In this document: piece by piece, positions 41,516 to 56,200 of the stretch
How positions within the stretch are numbered: position 1 is the first letter of the stretch
Layout: each line of letters begins with the position of its first letter
NCBI RefSeq assembly: GCF_009914755.1
Contig: NC_060925.1
DNA: 64,000 bases
Source of the DNA: the human T2T-CHM13v2.0 reference genome, Homo sapiens
Strand: one strand, 5' to 3'
The notes under the pieces: generated by a model
Databases searched by the model: none
What the model was told of the DNA's origin: nothing
Seen by the model: only the letters and a program-made list of their open reading frames with translations
Translations under genes and position numbers: made by a program

Positions 41516-42561
41516 TTTTTTTTTTAACTGAGCATAATTATCTGGACATTCATCTAGGATGTTGTGCCTATTGATAGTTTGTTCCTTTGGGTTCTGAGTA
41601 GTATTCCATGGTATAGATGTACCACAATTTGTTTAAGCATTCACTCCTTGAAGGACATCTGGGCTGTTTCCGGTTTTTGACTATTATAAATAAGGCTGTT
41701 GTAAGGATTCTTTTACAGGATTTTTGGACATAAGTTTTCATTTCTATAGGATAAATGCCCAGGAGTGCAATTTCTGAGCCATACAGTAGTTCATATTTCA
41801 GTTTTTTTTTAAATAAAGAAACTGCCAGACAATTTTCCAGAGAGGCTGTAATATTTTATATTCCCACCGGCAATGTATGAGTGATCCAGTTTCTCTGCAT
41901 TCTTGCCAACATTTGGTGTTGCCACTGTATTTTTACTTCAGCCATTCTGATAGATGTGTAGTGATGTCTCACTGTGGTTTTAATTTGCATTTCTCTAGTG
42001 GCTAATGATGTTGTACATCTTTTCATGTACAGTCATGCATCACTTAACCAAGGGGATACATTCTGAGAAATGTGGCACTAGGTGATTTTTTTTTCTTCTT
42101 AGTTTTTGTGAATACATAGTAGGTATATACATTTATGGGATACATGAGATGTTTTGATACAGGAGTGTGATGTGAAATAATCACATCCTGGAGATGGGAT
42201 ATCCATCCATCCATCCCCATAAATATAAAACATTTATTCTTTCAGTTGCAAACAATGCAATTATAGTCTTTAAATTATTTTAAAATGTAGAGTTATTATT
42301 GACTATAATCACCGTGTTTGTACTATCAAATAGTAGTCTTGTTCATTCTTTCTATTTTTTTGTACCCATTAACCATCCTCACCTCTCCTCCACACCCCCA
42401 CTACTCTTCTTAGCCTCTGGTAACCATTATTCTACTTTCTATGTCCATGAGTTCAATTGTTTTGATTTTTAGATCCCACAAATAAGTGAGAACATACAAT
42501 ATTTGTCCTTCTGTCCCTGGCTTATTTCTCTTAACATAATGAACTCCAGTTCCATCCACGT

Positions 42562-42903
42562 TGATGTGGTTTGGTCCCCATCCAAATCTCATCTTGAATT
42601 GTAGTTCCATAATCTCCATGTGTTGTGGGAGGGATCAGGTGGTGGTTTCCCCCATCCTTGTGAGAGTTAGATCTCACGAGATCTGATGGTTTTATAAGGG
42701 GCTTCCCCGACCTCTTCACTCTGCACTTCTCCTTGGTGCTGCCATGTGACGAAGGATGTGTTTGCTTCTCCTTCCGCCATGATTGTAAGTTTCCTGAGGC
42801 TTTCCCAGCCCTGCAGAACTGTGAGCCAATTAAACTTCTTTCCTTTATAAATTACCCAGTCTTGGAAATGTCTTTATTAGCAGCATGAGAATGGACTAAT
42901 ACA
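42562..42903 (+). mobile_element. THE1 MaLR solo LTR
   Basis: tgatgtggtttgg...gaatggactaataca; perfect TSD cacgt (42557-42561, 42904-42908). Confidence 0.95.
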
Positions 42904-44675
42904 CACGTTATTGCAAATGACTGGATTCCATTCTTTTTTATGGCAGCATAGTGCTCCATCTTGTGTACGTACATTTTCTTTATCCATTCATCTGCTGATG
43001 GACATTTAAGTTGGTTCCAAATCTCAGCTATTGTAAATAGTGCTGCAACAAACAGGAGTGCAGATATCTCTCCGATATACTGATTTCCTCTTTTTTGAAT
43101 ATATACCCAGCAGTGGGATTACTGGATAATATGGTAATTCAATTTTTAGTTTTTTGAGGAACCTCCAACAATTAGTGGTTGTACTAATTTGCATTCCCAT
43201 CAACAAGGTATAAGTGTTCCCTTTTCTCCACATCCTTGCCACCATTTATTATTGCCTGACTTTTGGATATAAAACATTTTAACTGGGGTGAGATGGTATC
43301 TCATTGTAGTTTGATTTGCATTTCTATGATGATCAATGATGTTGAGCACCTTTTCATATTCTTGTTTGCCATTTGTATGTCTTCTTTTCATAAATGTCTA
43401 TTCAAATCTTTTCCCCATTTTTTGATTGGGAAAAAGATTATTTTCTTATAGAGTTGTTTGAGTTCCTTATGTATTCTGGTTATTAATCCCTTGTCAGAAG
43501 AATAGTTTGCAAATATTCCCTCCCATTCTGTGGGTTGTATCTTCACTGTGTTGATCATATCCTTTGCTGTGCAGAAGCTTTGTAACTTGATGTGATCCCA
43601 TTTTACCATTTTTGCTTTGGTTGCCTGTGCTTGTGGGTTATTGCTCAAGAAATTTTAGCCCATATTAATGTCCTGGAGATTTTTCCCAATGTTTTCTTGT
43701 AGTAGTTTCATAGCTTGAGGTCTTAGATTTAAGTCTTTAATCCATTTTGGTTTGATTTTTGCATATGTGAGAGCTAGGGGTCTATCTTCATTTTTCTGCA
43801 TATATATATCCAGTTTTCCCAGCATTGTTTATTGAAGATACTGTCTTTCCCCAGTGCATGTTCTTGGCACCTTCATTGAAAATAAGTTCCCTGTAGGTGT
43901 GTGGATTTGTTTCTGGGTCCTCTAATTCTGTTCCATTGGTTTATGTGTCTGTTTTTATGCCCATACCGTGCTGTTTTGGTTACTATAGCTCAGTAGTATA
44001 ATTTGAAGTCAGGTAATGTGATTCCTCCAGTTTTCTTCTTTTTGCTTAGAAAAGCTTTGGCCATCTGGGTCTTCTGTGGTTCTGTATAAATTTTAGGATT
44101 GTTTTTTCTATGAAGAATGTCATTGGTATTTTGATAGGGATTGCACTGAATCTGTACATTGCTTTGGGTTGTACAGACATTTTAACAATATTGATTCTTC
44201 CAAACCATGAACATGAAATATTTTTTAACTTTTTAATGTTCTCTTCAGTTTCTTTCATTGGTGTTTTATAGTTTTCATTATAGAGATCTTTCACTTCTTT
44301 GTCATGTTCTAGATCTTAGAGGAAAGGCTTTCAGTTTCTCCTTACTCAATATATACTTGCTCTGGGTATGTCTTTTATGGCTTTTATTATGTTGAGATAT
44401 GTTTCTTCTATACCCAGTTTTTTGAGGGGTTTTTTATCATGAAGGGATGTTGAATGTTATCAAATTCTTTTTCAGCATCAGTCGAAATGATCATATGGTT
44501 TTTATCATTCATTATTTTGATATGATGTATCACATTGATTGATTTGCATATGTTGAACCATCCTTGCATCCCAGGGATAAATCACACTTGGTCATAATGT
44601 ATTGCTGAATTCAGTTTGCTAGTATTTTGTTGAGGATTTTGGCATCAGTATTCATCAGAGATATTGGCCTGTAGT

Positions 44676-44688
44676 TTTTTTTTAGTTT

Positions 44689-44744
<56 letters not shown>

Positions 44745-44871
44745 TTTCTTTCTTTCTTTCTTTCTTTCTTTCTTTTTCTTTCTTTCTTTCTCTTTCTTTC
44801 TTTCTCTTTCTCTTTCTTTCCTTGTTTCTTTCTTTCTTTCTCTCTTTCTTTCTTTATTTCTTCTTTTTTTT
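44676..44871. repeat. (TTTC)n microsatellite inside the L1MA
   Basis: Read directly from the sequence. Confidence 0.95.
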
Positions 44872-46349
44872 GATGTATCTTTTTCTGGTTTTGGTATCAG
44901 GGCAATACTGGTCTTGTGGAATGAGTTTGGAAGTATTCCCTTCACCTCTGTTTTTCAGAATAGTTTGAGTAGGACTTGTATTAGTTCTTTAAATTTTTGG
45001 TAAAATTCAGCAGTGAAGCCATCAGGTCCTGGGCTTTTCTTTACCGGGAGACTTTTTATTATGACTTAAACCTTGCTACTTGCTATTGGTCTGTTCAGTT
45101 TTGAATTTCTTCCTGGTTCAATTGTAATAGGTTGTATGTGTCCAGGAATTTGTCCATTTTGTCTACATTTTCCATACTCAGTACTAATGATCCTTTGAAT
45201 TTCTGCAGTACCAGTTGTAATTTCTCCCGTTTCATTTCTGATTTTATTTGTTGGCATCTTCTCTCTTTTTTTCTTAGTCTGGCTAAAGGTTTGTCAATTT
45301 TGTTAATTTTCAAAAAAGTAACTTTTTGTTTCTTTGATCTTTTCTGTTTTTTATTTCAATTTCATTTATTTCTGCTCTGATCTTTATTATTTCTTTTCTT
45401 CTACTAATTTTGGGTTTGGTTTGCTCCTGCTTTTCTAGTTCTTTAAGATTCATTGTTAGATTGTTTATACAAAGTTTTCCCTCATTTTGATATAGGCACT
45501 TGTAGCTATAAAATTCCCTCTTACTAATACTTTTGCTGTATTCCATAGGTTTTGGGATGTTGTATTTTCATTATCATTTGCTTCAAGAAATTTTTCAATT
45601 TGGTTTTTAATTTATTCACTGACCCACTCATCATTCAGGAGCATATTGTTTAATTTCTTTGTATTTGTGTAGCTTCTAAAATTCCTCCCATTTTTAATTT
45701 CTGGTTTAATTCTACTGTGGTCAGAGAAGATTCTTGGTATTATTTCAGTTTTCTTGAGTGTTTTGAGACTTGTTTTGTGACCTAACATGTGGTCTATCCT
45801 TGAGAATGATCCACGTGCTGAAGAAAAGAATGTACATTTTGCAGCTCTTGGATGAAATATTCTGCAAATATCTATTAAATCCATTTCTTTTATAGTGCAG
45901 ATTAAGTCTGATGTTTCTTTGCTGCTTTTCTGTCTGGCAGATCTGAAAGCAGGGTGTTGAAGTCTCCATCTATGATTGTATTGAGGCCTATCTCTCTCTT
46001 TAGCTCTAATGATATCTCCTTTATATATCTAGGTTCTCCAGTGTTGGGTGCACATATATTTAAAATTGTTATATCCTTTTGCTGAATTGACTCCTTTATC
46101 ATTATATTGTGACCTTCTTGGTCTCATCTTACAGTTTTTGTCTTGAAATCTATTTTGTATGATATAATATAGTGACTCCTGCTCTTTTTTTGGTTTCCAT
46201 TGGCACAAAATATCTTTTTGCACCCCTTTGTTTTCAGTCTATATGTGTCTTTATAGATGAAGTGGATTTTTGGTAGGCAACAGATTATGAGGTCTTTTAA
46301 AAAAATCCATTTAGCCACTCTATGTCTTTTGATTAGAGAGTTTAGTCCA

Positions 46350-46672
46350 TCATATGGTTTGGCTGTGTCCCCACCCAAATCTCATATTGAATTGTAGTTT
46401 CCATAATCCCCACATATCATGGGAGGGACCCAGTGGAAGGTAATTGAATAATGGGGGTGGTTACCACCATGCTGCTGTTCTCGTTATAGTAAGTGAGTTC
46501 TCACGAGATCTGATGATGAGGATCTTTTCCCTCTTCACTCAGTACTTCTCCGTCCTGCTGCCATGTGAAGAAGGATGTATTTGCTTTTGATTCCCCTTCC
46601 TCCATGTGGAACCGTGAGTCAATTAAACCTCTTTCCTTTATAAATTACGCAGTCTTGGGTATTTCTTCATCA
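46350..46672 (+). mobile_element. THE1 LTR lacking its 3' terminus
   Basis: atatggtttggctgtgtccccacccaaatctcat...; breaks off after agtcttgggtatttcttcat. Confidence 0.9.
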
Positions 46673-48972
46673 CAGGTTCCCAGGCCAATGGAGCTATGTT
46701 CCCAGGGGAATTATGGCTACCTCTGCCGAGTCATATAGGTCACCAGGGAAGTGGGGTAAAGCTGGCAGTCACAGGCCTCACCCCACTCCCACACAGCCTG
46801 TAGTCCTAAAGGCTGGTCTCACTCCCACTGTGGCCCCACAATAGTACCAAGTCTATTTTCAAGCAGCTGGTGACCAGGGCTGAACACTTGCCTTAGACCA
46901 CCAGCATACCCACTGAGAAAGCAAGCCAACTCAGTTTTTTGGCATCTGAGGGAGTTTGCAACAGCGATCCAGTTCCTTCAACGGGTTTGTGGATTGTCTC
47001 AGTTTTCTGGTATGTTCCTGCCAGCAGTTCTTGGAGCAAAAGTTCACGATGTGAGCCTCCACACGTTGCTCTGTTTGTCTGAGCACGAGCTACAAGCTAG
47101 TCCTGCCTCCTATCCACCATCTTAATCCTGTGTCTAGACTGCCTTTCAAGTTTACTTAGAGACACAGAGCTCTTTGACCCTGGGTGGCAACGTTTGCAGA
47201 CACTCAACTTCAGACTGCTGGGATCTGCCATTCTCCTCTGGCTAGGGCTGGTTTAAATGCTCCCTCTGTGTGTGGCTTTAATTGAGTTTTGTCCGGGTTT
47301 TCTTCCTGCTCTAACCAGACAGCACTGAGTTCAATGCCTCACAATCACTGTGTTCTCCCTCCCTCAGCACACAGAGTTGCTGCCACCAGGGGTGGGAATG
47401 GGGTGGCATCCATGATTCAGGACTGTTTTTTCTATCCTTTCATTGCCTTTTTCAGTGCTATGAAGTTAAAACCAGGTACAATGAGTGCTTACTTGATTTT
47501 TGGTTCTTATGAGGGTGTTTTTTTTTCTGTGTAGATAGTTGTTAACTTGATGTCCTTGCAGGGGGTCTGAGGGTGGGGGGCAATCAATGGATCCTTCTAT
47601 TCTGCCATCTTTCTCTGCCTCTTGCTTCCCATTGGGTGATTGTGTCGTTGTGTGAACACCACAGAGTGTACTTAAACAAATCTAGATGCTATAGCCTACT
47701 CTACCCCTAGGCTATGTGGCATAGCCTACTGCTTCTATACTACAAACCTGTACAGCATATTACTGCACTGAATATAGTAGGTAGCTATAATACTTGGTGT
47801 TTGTATATCTAAACATATTGAAATATAAACATGATACAATAAAATATAGTATAAAAGATAAAAAATGTTAGATCTATATGGGGCACTTACCATGAATACA
47901 GCTTGCAGGACTGGAAGTTGCTCTGGGTGAGTCAGTGAGTGAGTGGTGAGTGAATGTGGAGGCCTAGGACATTACTACACACTACTGTGGACTTTGTAAA
48001 CACTGTACATTTAGACTACTAAATTTATAAAAAGTCTTTCTTCAATAATAAATTAACCATAGCTTGCTGTAGGTTTTTACTTCATAAAGTTTTAATTTTT
48101 TAAACTTTTTGACTCTTTTGTAATAATACTTAGCTTAAAACACAAACATATCATACAGCTGTGCAAAAATATTTTTCTTTATGTCTTTATTCTATGAGCT
48201 TTTTTCTATGTAATTTTTTTTAAATCTTTTGCTTTTTAAGAATTTTTTTTTGTTGAAAACTAAGACAGAAGGACAGACATCAGCCTAGGCCTACACAGGA
48301 TCAGAATCTTCCATGTCACTGTCTTCCACCTTCACATTTTCCCACTGGAAGGTCTTCAGGGGCAGCAACACACATGGAGTTGTCCTCTCCTGTGGTAACA
48401 ATGCCTTCTTCTAGAATACCTCCCAAAGGACTTGCCTGAGGCTATTTTACATTAACTTTTTGTTTTGTAAGTAGGAAGAGTACACTCCAAAATAAAAATA
48501 AAAGGTATAGTAAATACATAAACCAGTAACACAGTCATCCGTTATCATGATCAAGTTTACATACTATAAAAATTGCATGTGCTATACTTTTATACAACTG
48601 GCAGGACAGCAGGTTTGTTTACACCAGCATCACCACAAACATGTGAGTAATGCATTGCAGTATGAAGCTGTGATGGCTACGACTTACTAGGCCATAGGAA
48701 TTTTTCAACTCCACTATAATCTTTTGAGACCGTGGTCATATATGCAGTCTGTCGTTGACTGAAACATTGTTATATGGTGCATAACTGTGCTTATTTGCCA
48801 TCTGTATAGCTTTTTTGGTGAAATGTCACTTCACGTCTTTTGCTCATATTCTAATTGTATTGTTTGCTTTTTTTTAACTGATGAGTTTTGAGAGTTATAT
48901 ACATATTTTTTACATAGAAGTTATTTGTTGGATATGTGATTTGCAAATGTTTTCTCTCACTTTGCAGCTTGT

Positions 48973-49238
48973 CTTTTTTTATTTTTATTTTTATTTTTAA
49001 AGAGGTGGGATCTCTTTTTGTTGCCCAGGCTGGAATGCAGTGGTGTGATCCTTCCATCTTAGCCTCCAAAGTAGCTGGGACTGTGGGCACATGCCACTGC
49101 ACCAAGTTAATTTTTAATTTTTTTTTGCAGAGACAGGGTTTCACTTTGTTGCCCAGGCTGGTCTTGAACTCCTGGTTTCAAGCCAACCCCAGCCTCCCAT
49201 AGTGTTAGGATTACAGGTGTGCGCCACTGCACCTGGCC
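48973..49238 (-). mobile_element. AluJ with internal deletions
   Basis: Alu arms with missing segments, ends gcacctggcc. Confidence 0.85.
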
Positions 49239-50208
49239 AGTTCGCTTGTCTTTTCATGCTTTTAACAAAAACTTTTGTAGAGGAAACATTTTTAGTGTTG
49301 ATGAAATCCAATGATCAATTTTTAAATTTAATAGATTAAGCTTTTTGGGTCAGGTTTAAGAACTCTTTGGTTAGCTCTAGATTCTGAAGCTTTTTGTCCC
49401 ATGATTTTTTTCTTAAAAGTTTACAGTTTTACCTTCCGCATATAAGTCTGTTACAACAATTTTGAGTAACTTTTTGTATAAGGTGTGAGACTTAGTTTGA
49501 GGTTGTTTTTTCTTTATGGTGTGTGTATGAACGTTCAATTACTCCAGCACCATTTGTTGAAATGGCACTTTCCTTCATTAAATTGATATTGCACATTTGT
49601 CAAAAATCAGTTGGACATATTTGTATAGGTCTATTTTGGGGTTCTTTATTATGTTCCATTAATCTATGTGTCTATCCCTCCACCAATACCACCACACAGT
49701 TTTGACAACTTTTATAAGTGTTGAAATCATCATGCAGACTGATTCCTCCTATTTTATCAATTCTTTACAAAATTGTTTTAGCTATTCTACTTCCTTTTTC
49801 TTTCCATCTAAATTTTAGAATAGTATCTTTTATGTCTACAAAAATCTTGCTGGAATTTTGGTGGGAATTGCTTTAAGCCAGTATATCAGTTGGGGTCTTT
49901 ACTATGTTGGATCATCTAGTCTGTGAATATAGTATATCTTCTATTCATTTGTTTAGATATTCTTTGATTTTACTCATCAGCATTTTATAGTTTTCAGCAT
50001 ACATGTCCTGTACCTGTTTTGTTAGATTTACAGCTATATAGTTATTTTTGTCTTTAGGTTACTCTAAATGTTATTGCTTTCTAATGTTATTGTGCCTGGA
50101 CTCTTTGCTAGTACATAGAAGTGATAATTTCTTATTTTTCTGCTTTCTTCAGATTTATTTTGATCTTCTTAGAGTTTCTAAGTTGTTGAAGTGAGGGCTT
50201 GGATGATT

Positions 50209-50674
50209 TTTTAATTTTTTATTATGTATTTTATTTTTTATTATACTTTAAGTTCTGGGATACATGTGCAGGACGTGCAGGTTTGTTACATAGGTATACA
50301 CGAGCCATGGTGGTTTGCTGCACCCATCAACCTGTTATCTACATTATGTATTTCTCCTAATGCTATCCCTCCCCTAGCCCCCCACCCCCCGACAGGACCT
50401 GGTGTATGATGTTCCCCTCCCTGTGTCCATGTGTTCTCATTGTTCAACTCCCACTTATGAGTGAGAACATGCGGTGTTTGGTTTTTTGTTCCTGTGTTAG
50501 TTTGCTGAGAAGGATGGTTTCCAGCTTCATCCATGTCCCTGCAAAGGACATGAACTCATGCTTTGATGTCCTATGGCTGCATAGTATTCCATGGTGTATG
50601 TGTGCCACATTTTCTTTATCCAGTCTATCACTGATGGGCATTTGGGTTGGTTCCAAGTCTTTGCTATTGTGAAC
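50209..50674 (-). mobile_element. L1PA (about L1PA7/8) 3' end, 5'-truncated
   Basis: Perfect 15-bp TSD agggcttggatgatt (50194-50208, 50675-50689). Confidence 0.95.
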
Positions 50675-50771
50675 AGGGCTTGGATGATTGATTTGAGACT
50701 TTTCTTCTTTTCTAATATATGCATTTAGTGCTATAAATTTCTCTCTAAGCACTGCTTTAGCTGAGATGGAC

Positions 50772-51148
<377 letters not shown>

Positions 51149-52202
51149 GATATATTGTGTTTTAATTCAGTTCAATGTACTTTTAAATTTCCCTTATGAT
51201 TTCTTTTTTGACCCATGTATTATTTAGTATGTTTAGTTTCAAGATGTCTGGAGATTTTTCTGTTCCTTTTCTGTCATTGATTTCTAGTTTGATTACATTG
51301 TGTTCAAAGAACACACTTGGTATGATTTCAATTCTTTTAAAATTGCTAAGGTTTGTTTTATGGCTTACTATATGGTCTATCTTGGTATATGTTTCACGAG
51401 AACTTGAAAAATATTCTGTTGTTGGGTATAGCGTTCTAAAAATGTCATTAGACGCTGTTGGTTGATGGTGTTGTTGAGTTTTATATTCTGTCTGATTTTC
51501 TGTCTATTTAATTTATCAACCATTGAGAGAACATGGAGGTTTCCAACTATAATTATTCCATAAGTATTTGCTTCACATAATTTACTGTTTTGCTTTTTTT
51601 TGGTGGGTACACATTTAGAATCGCTGTCTTTTAATTGGTATATTTAGAGCATTTGCATTTAGTATAATTATTGATGTTTTAGGGTTTAAGTCTGTCACTT
51701 TTACTTTTTGTCTTTGTTTATTCTCTACATTTTCCATTTAGTTTTTTTTCCTACCTTCCTGTGATTTACTTGAACATTTCCTAGAATTTTAGAACTCCAT
51801 TTTGATTTATTTATAATTTTTTTGAGTGTATCTCTTTGTATGTTAGTGATTGCTCTAGGTATTACATTATATATAACCTTGACTGGTGTCTCAGTTGATT
51901 GCTGTCATTTTACCAGTTTGAGTAAAATATAGAGAACTTACCTTTATTTATATCTTCTTGTCTTCCTCATTTATAGTATAACTGTCTTAAATATTTCCTC
52001 TTTATACTTGTATATGTAGAACCATATCAGACAGTTTAATTTTTGCTTCAGTCACTAACCATAATTTAGAAACCTGTAGGGGAGAAGGAAAGCCTACTGT
52101 AAGTGCCTATATTTTTGCTTACTGTGCTCTTTCTTTCTGATGTTCCAAAGTTCCTTTTTAAATGATTCCCTTTCGTTTACAGGACTATCATTAGTCATTC
52201 TC

Positions 52203-53214
<1,012 letters not shown>

Positions 53215-56200
53215 CATTTTATTTCTGAAGGATATTTTCACTGGATATTTCTGAAGGATACAGGATTCTGGGTTGAAAGTGCTTGTCTTTCAGTACCTGA
53301 AAATATTGTGTCACTTCCTTCTTGCTTTTATGGTTTCTGACGAGAAGTCTGCTCTCATTCTAATTATTTTTCTCCTATAAGTAAGGTGCTGTTTTCTCTG
53401 GCTGCTTTAAAGATCTCTTCTTTCTCAGAATTTTAATTATGATGCATTTTGGTGTGAATTTCTTTGAGTTTATCTTGTTTGGGATTTGCTCACATTCTTA
53501 ATTCTGTAGGTTTATGTCTTCTGCCAAATTTGAAAAGTTTTCAATCATTATTTCTTCAAGAACTTTCAGCCTCAATGTCTTTCTCCCCTCCTTCCAGGAC
53601 TACAATGACATGAACATAAGATCTTTTATTACAGTCTCACAGGTCCCTGAAACACTGTACACTTTTTCAGTCTATTTTTTTTCTTTGTTGCTCAGATTGG
53701 GTGATTTTGATTGTTCTATCTTCCAATTCACTGAGTCTTTCCTCTCTTCCATTCTGCTGTTCATTCCCCCTACTGAGCTATTTATTTTTGTTATTGTATT
53801 TTTTAGTTCTAAAATTTACACCTGATTCTTCTTTATGTCTTCTTCATATTCCTCTACTGAGGCTTTCTACTGTTTCATTTGTTTTGAGCATTTTCATAAT
53901 TGTTTATTGCAGCATCTTTATCATGGCTGCTTTAAGGTCTTTGTCAGATATTTTAAACATCTCTAACATCTTAGTGTTGATTTGTGTTGACTGTCTTCTC
54001 ATTCAGTTTGAGATATTCCCTATTTATGGTATGATGAATGATTTTCATTCCCACTTTTGTATTGTGTTACGAGACTATAGATCTTATTTAAATTTGAACT
54101 GGCTTTTTCTGACAGTGCTGTGGCAAGGAAATGGAGAGATCTGCCTTGTTACTGCCAAGCAGAGATACAAATCCAGGTTCCCCTTGGCCTCCATGGACAT
54201 GTGAAGGAGGTTCCTCCTTTTTACTGCTGGGCAATGGGGAAAGTTCCTGTTCCCCACGTGTCTCCACTGTCACCATTGTGGAGTGGTCTTACTACTGCTG
54301 GGTGATAGTGAAAATTGAGTTTCCACTAGGCCACCTCTGATGCCATCCCAATGGGGCAGTGTTTGGGTTCCTGGCTACAGCTTTGCAAAAATGGAAATGT
54401 GGGCTCTTTACTTCTCTTTGCTGGCATGAGTAGGGGTGGGTGAGAGGCAGTGTTTTTTGTGGTGTTTGGTGGTGTAGAATGGTTATTGTCTAAGATTTTT
54501 CTGTTTTGCTAGGCTGCCCCTCTCATGGTCTTTTGTCTAGAGACAGTGACTTTTGTTGGGGTTTATTTTGTCTGTGCCTATTGGCATTTCTCGGTTGTCA
54601 GCTTCTTCAGCTTGAAGTCTGGGCTAAATGAGGCAGAAAGAAGATCCAGGGAACTCGCCACTGTGTTGTACCTCACGTTCCCGGGTCTCCAGCCAGTCTG
54701 CTTTGTTCTCTCCATCTTTCAGGTTTCTTATGTTTGTTTTATGTGTAATGTCCAGGGCTTTTAGTTGTTTCTGGTGAGACGAATAGGGTAAAGTACATTT
54801 ATTCTATCTTTCCAGATGTGGAAGTATTTCTATCATTGGTTTTTAGGAATTCTTCTAATATGTTGGTATTAATACTTTTCCTGTTACGTATGTTGAAAAT
54901 ATTTTCTCCCAATTACTACTTGTCTTTTAATTTTCTTTGGAAGTCTTTTATCATGTAGGAATTATTAAGAAGACAAAAATTATTAAAACTGGGGAAAGGA
55001 AAGATAGATGATTAAAATAGAAGGAAATATGACTGGCTAAAAATCAGTATACAATATCTGATATTAATTAATTCAGTTTGAAGCAAAATAATGAAATTAT
55101 AGAAGTGCTACAAATTTTAAGATTCAAAATGTAAAGATTTGATGACAATATTTAGTTAAATATCAGTCAATCCAAGGTTTCTTGTATCTATAAGGCACTT
55201 TGAAAGGTATACACAATTTTGGAAAACTTTTCATTTTACTGTGATATCTCTAGTTGTACAAAAAGGAAAATATAAACCAAGTGAAGATGAACAATTGATA
55301 AGAAATATCATGAAAATGCTAGAAATTATTTTAAAGCCAGAGATGTAGAGTATCTGGTTTACTTTAGTTTTTGCTATTCTTGTGTAATCTACAAAAGAGC
55401 TATGAAATTAAAGCACTGGAAGTACATAGATAATAATTCTTTTCAAAGGTGTAGAATTCCTGGTAATCTAGGTAAGATAAATACTCTGTGAGAATTAAAT
55501 GATTTTTTAAGTTTACAACGGAAACATAATTTACTAAATGCATCTAATTACTAGGCCCCACATAAAGAAAAAAATATTTCATAAATATGAGTTTCCTTTT
55601 AGAGTGATGTCTTACTTTCCTGTTTCCCAAGTTGCCTTCTACCTTTTACATGCTTTTTGTATGTAGTATTAATTTTGTGATACAATGCTCTTGAGAATTC
55701 ACAGCTTATCTAGTTTCCCCAGAAAAGTGTTTTAGAGGATTCCATTGTTTGGTTTTGTGTTATTGGCTCCACATAATCACATAATGCTGTATTCGACTGG
55801 ATGAAAATTACTTTGGAAGTTCTGGGAGATTTTATGGATGATAACATAGGTGTCTATTTTCCTATTATATCTGCAATTGGCATTCAATTTTCTACAAGGA
55901 AAGAGAACATAGACATTTGCTTAATCTTGAAACCTCATTTCAATCTTATTCTTAATAAAAAGTCACCAGAACTGTAAACCATCAGGAAAATCAGTTTGAT
56001 TTACACTTGCCTCTACCTGCTTATTTTCTGAGACAGTTGTTAATGCAATATGAAAGATGTGTAGGGAGAATAACAAAGAGAAACCGATGAGTGAATTAGC
56101 CACAGTTGGCTGAAAAATTTTCTTCCCAAATTATAGAATCTGAAATTCTATTTAAATGTCTTCATGACATGATGTACGTATTTAATACAAAAATGTGATT

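Larger units (their letters stand above)
42089..47629 (-). mobile_element. L1MA1-3-like element with both ends present and internal deletions
   Basis: L1MA 3' UTR at 42089, ORF2 remnants 42900-46349, 5' UTR-like sequence 46673-47629; near-TSD cactaggtgatt / cattgggtgatt. Confidence 0.85.
42030..48787. mobile_element. Tigger3b (Golem) DNA transposon, split into 42030-42088 and ~47630-48787 by an L1MA
   Basis: TA|cagtcatgcatcacttaac...ttctgagaaatg; resumes gtcgttgtgtgaacaccacagagtgtactta; ends ...ggtgcataactg. Confidence 0.88.

Noticed and set aside
53701-54204. 167-aa hydrophobic ORF resembling a membrane protein
   Set aside because: T-rich antisense strand of an old L1 5'/ORF1 region; compositional artefact
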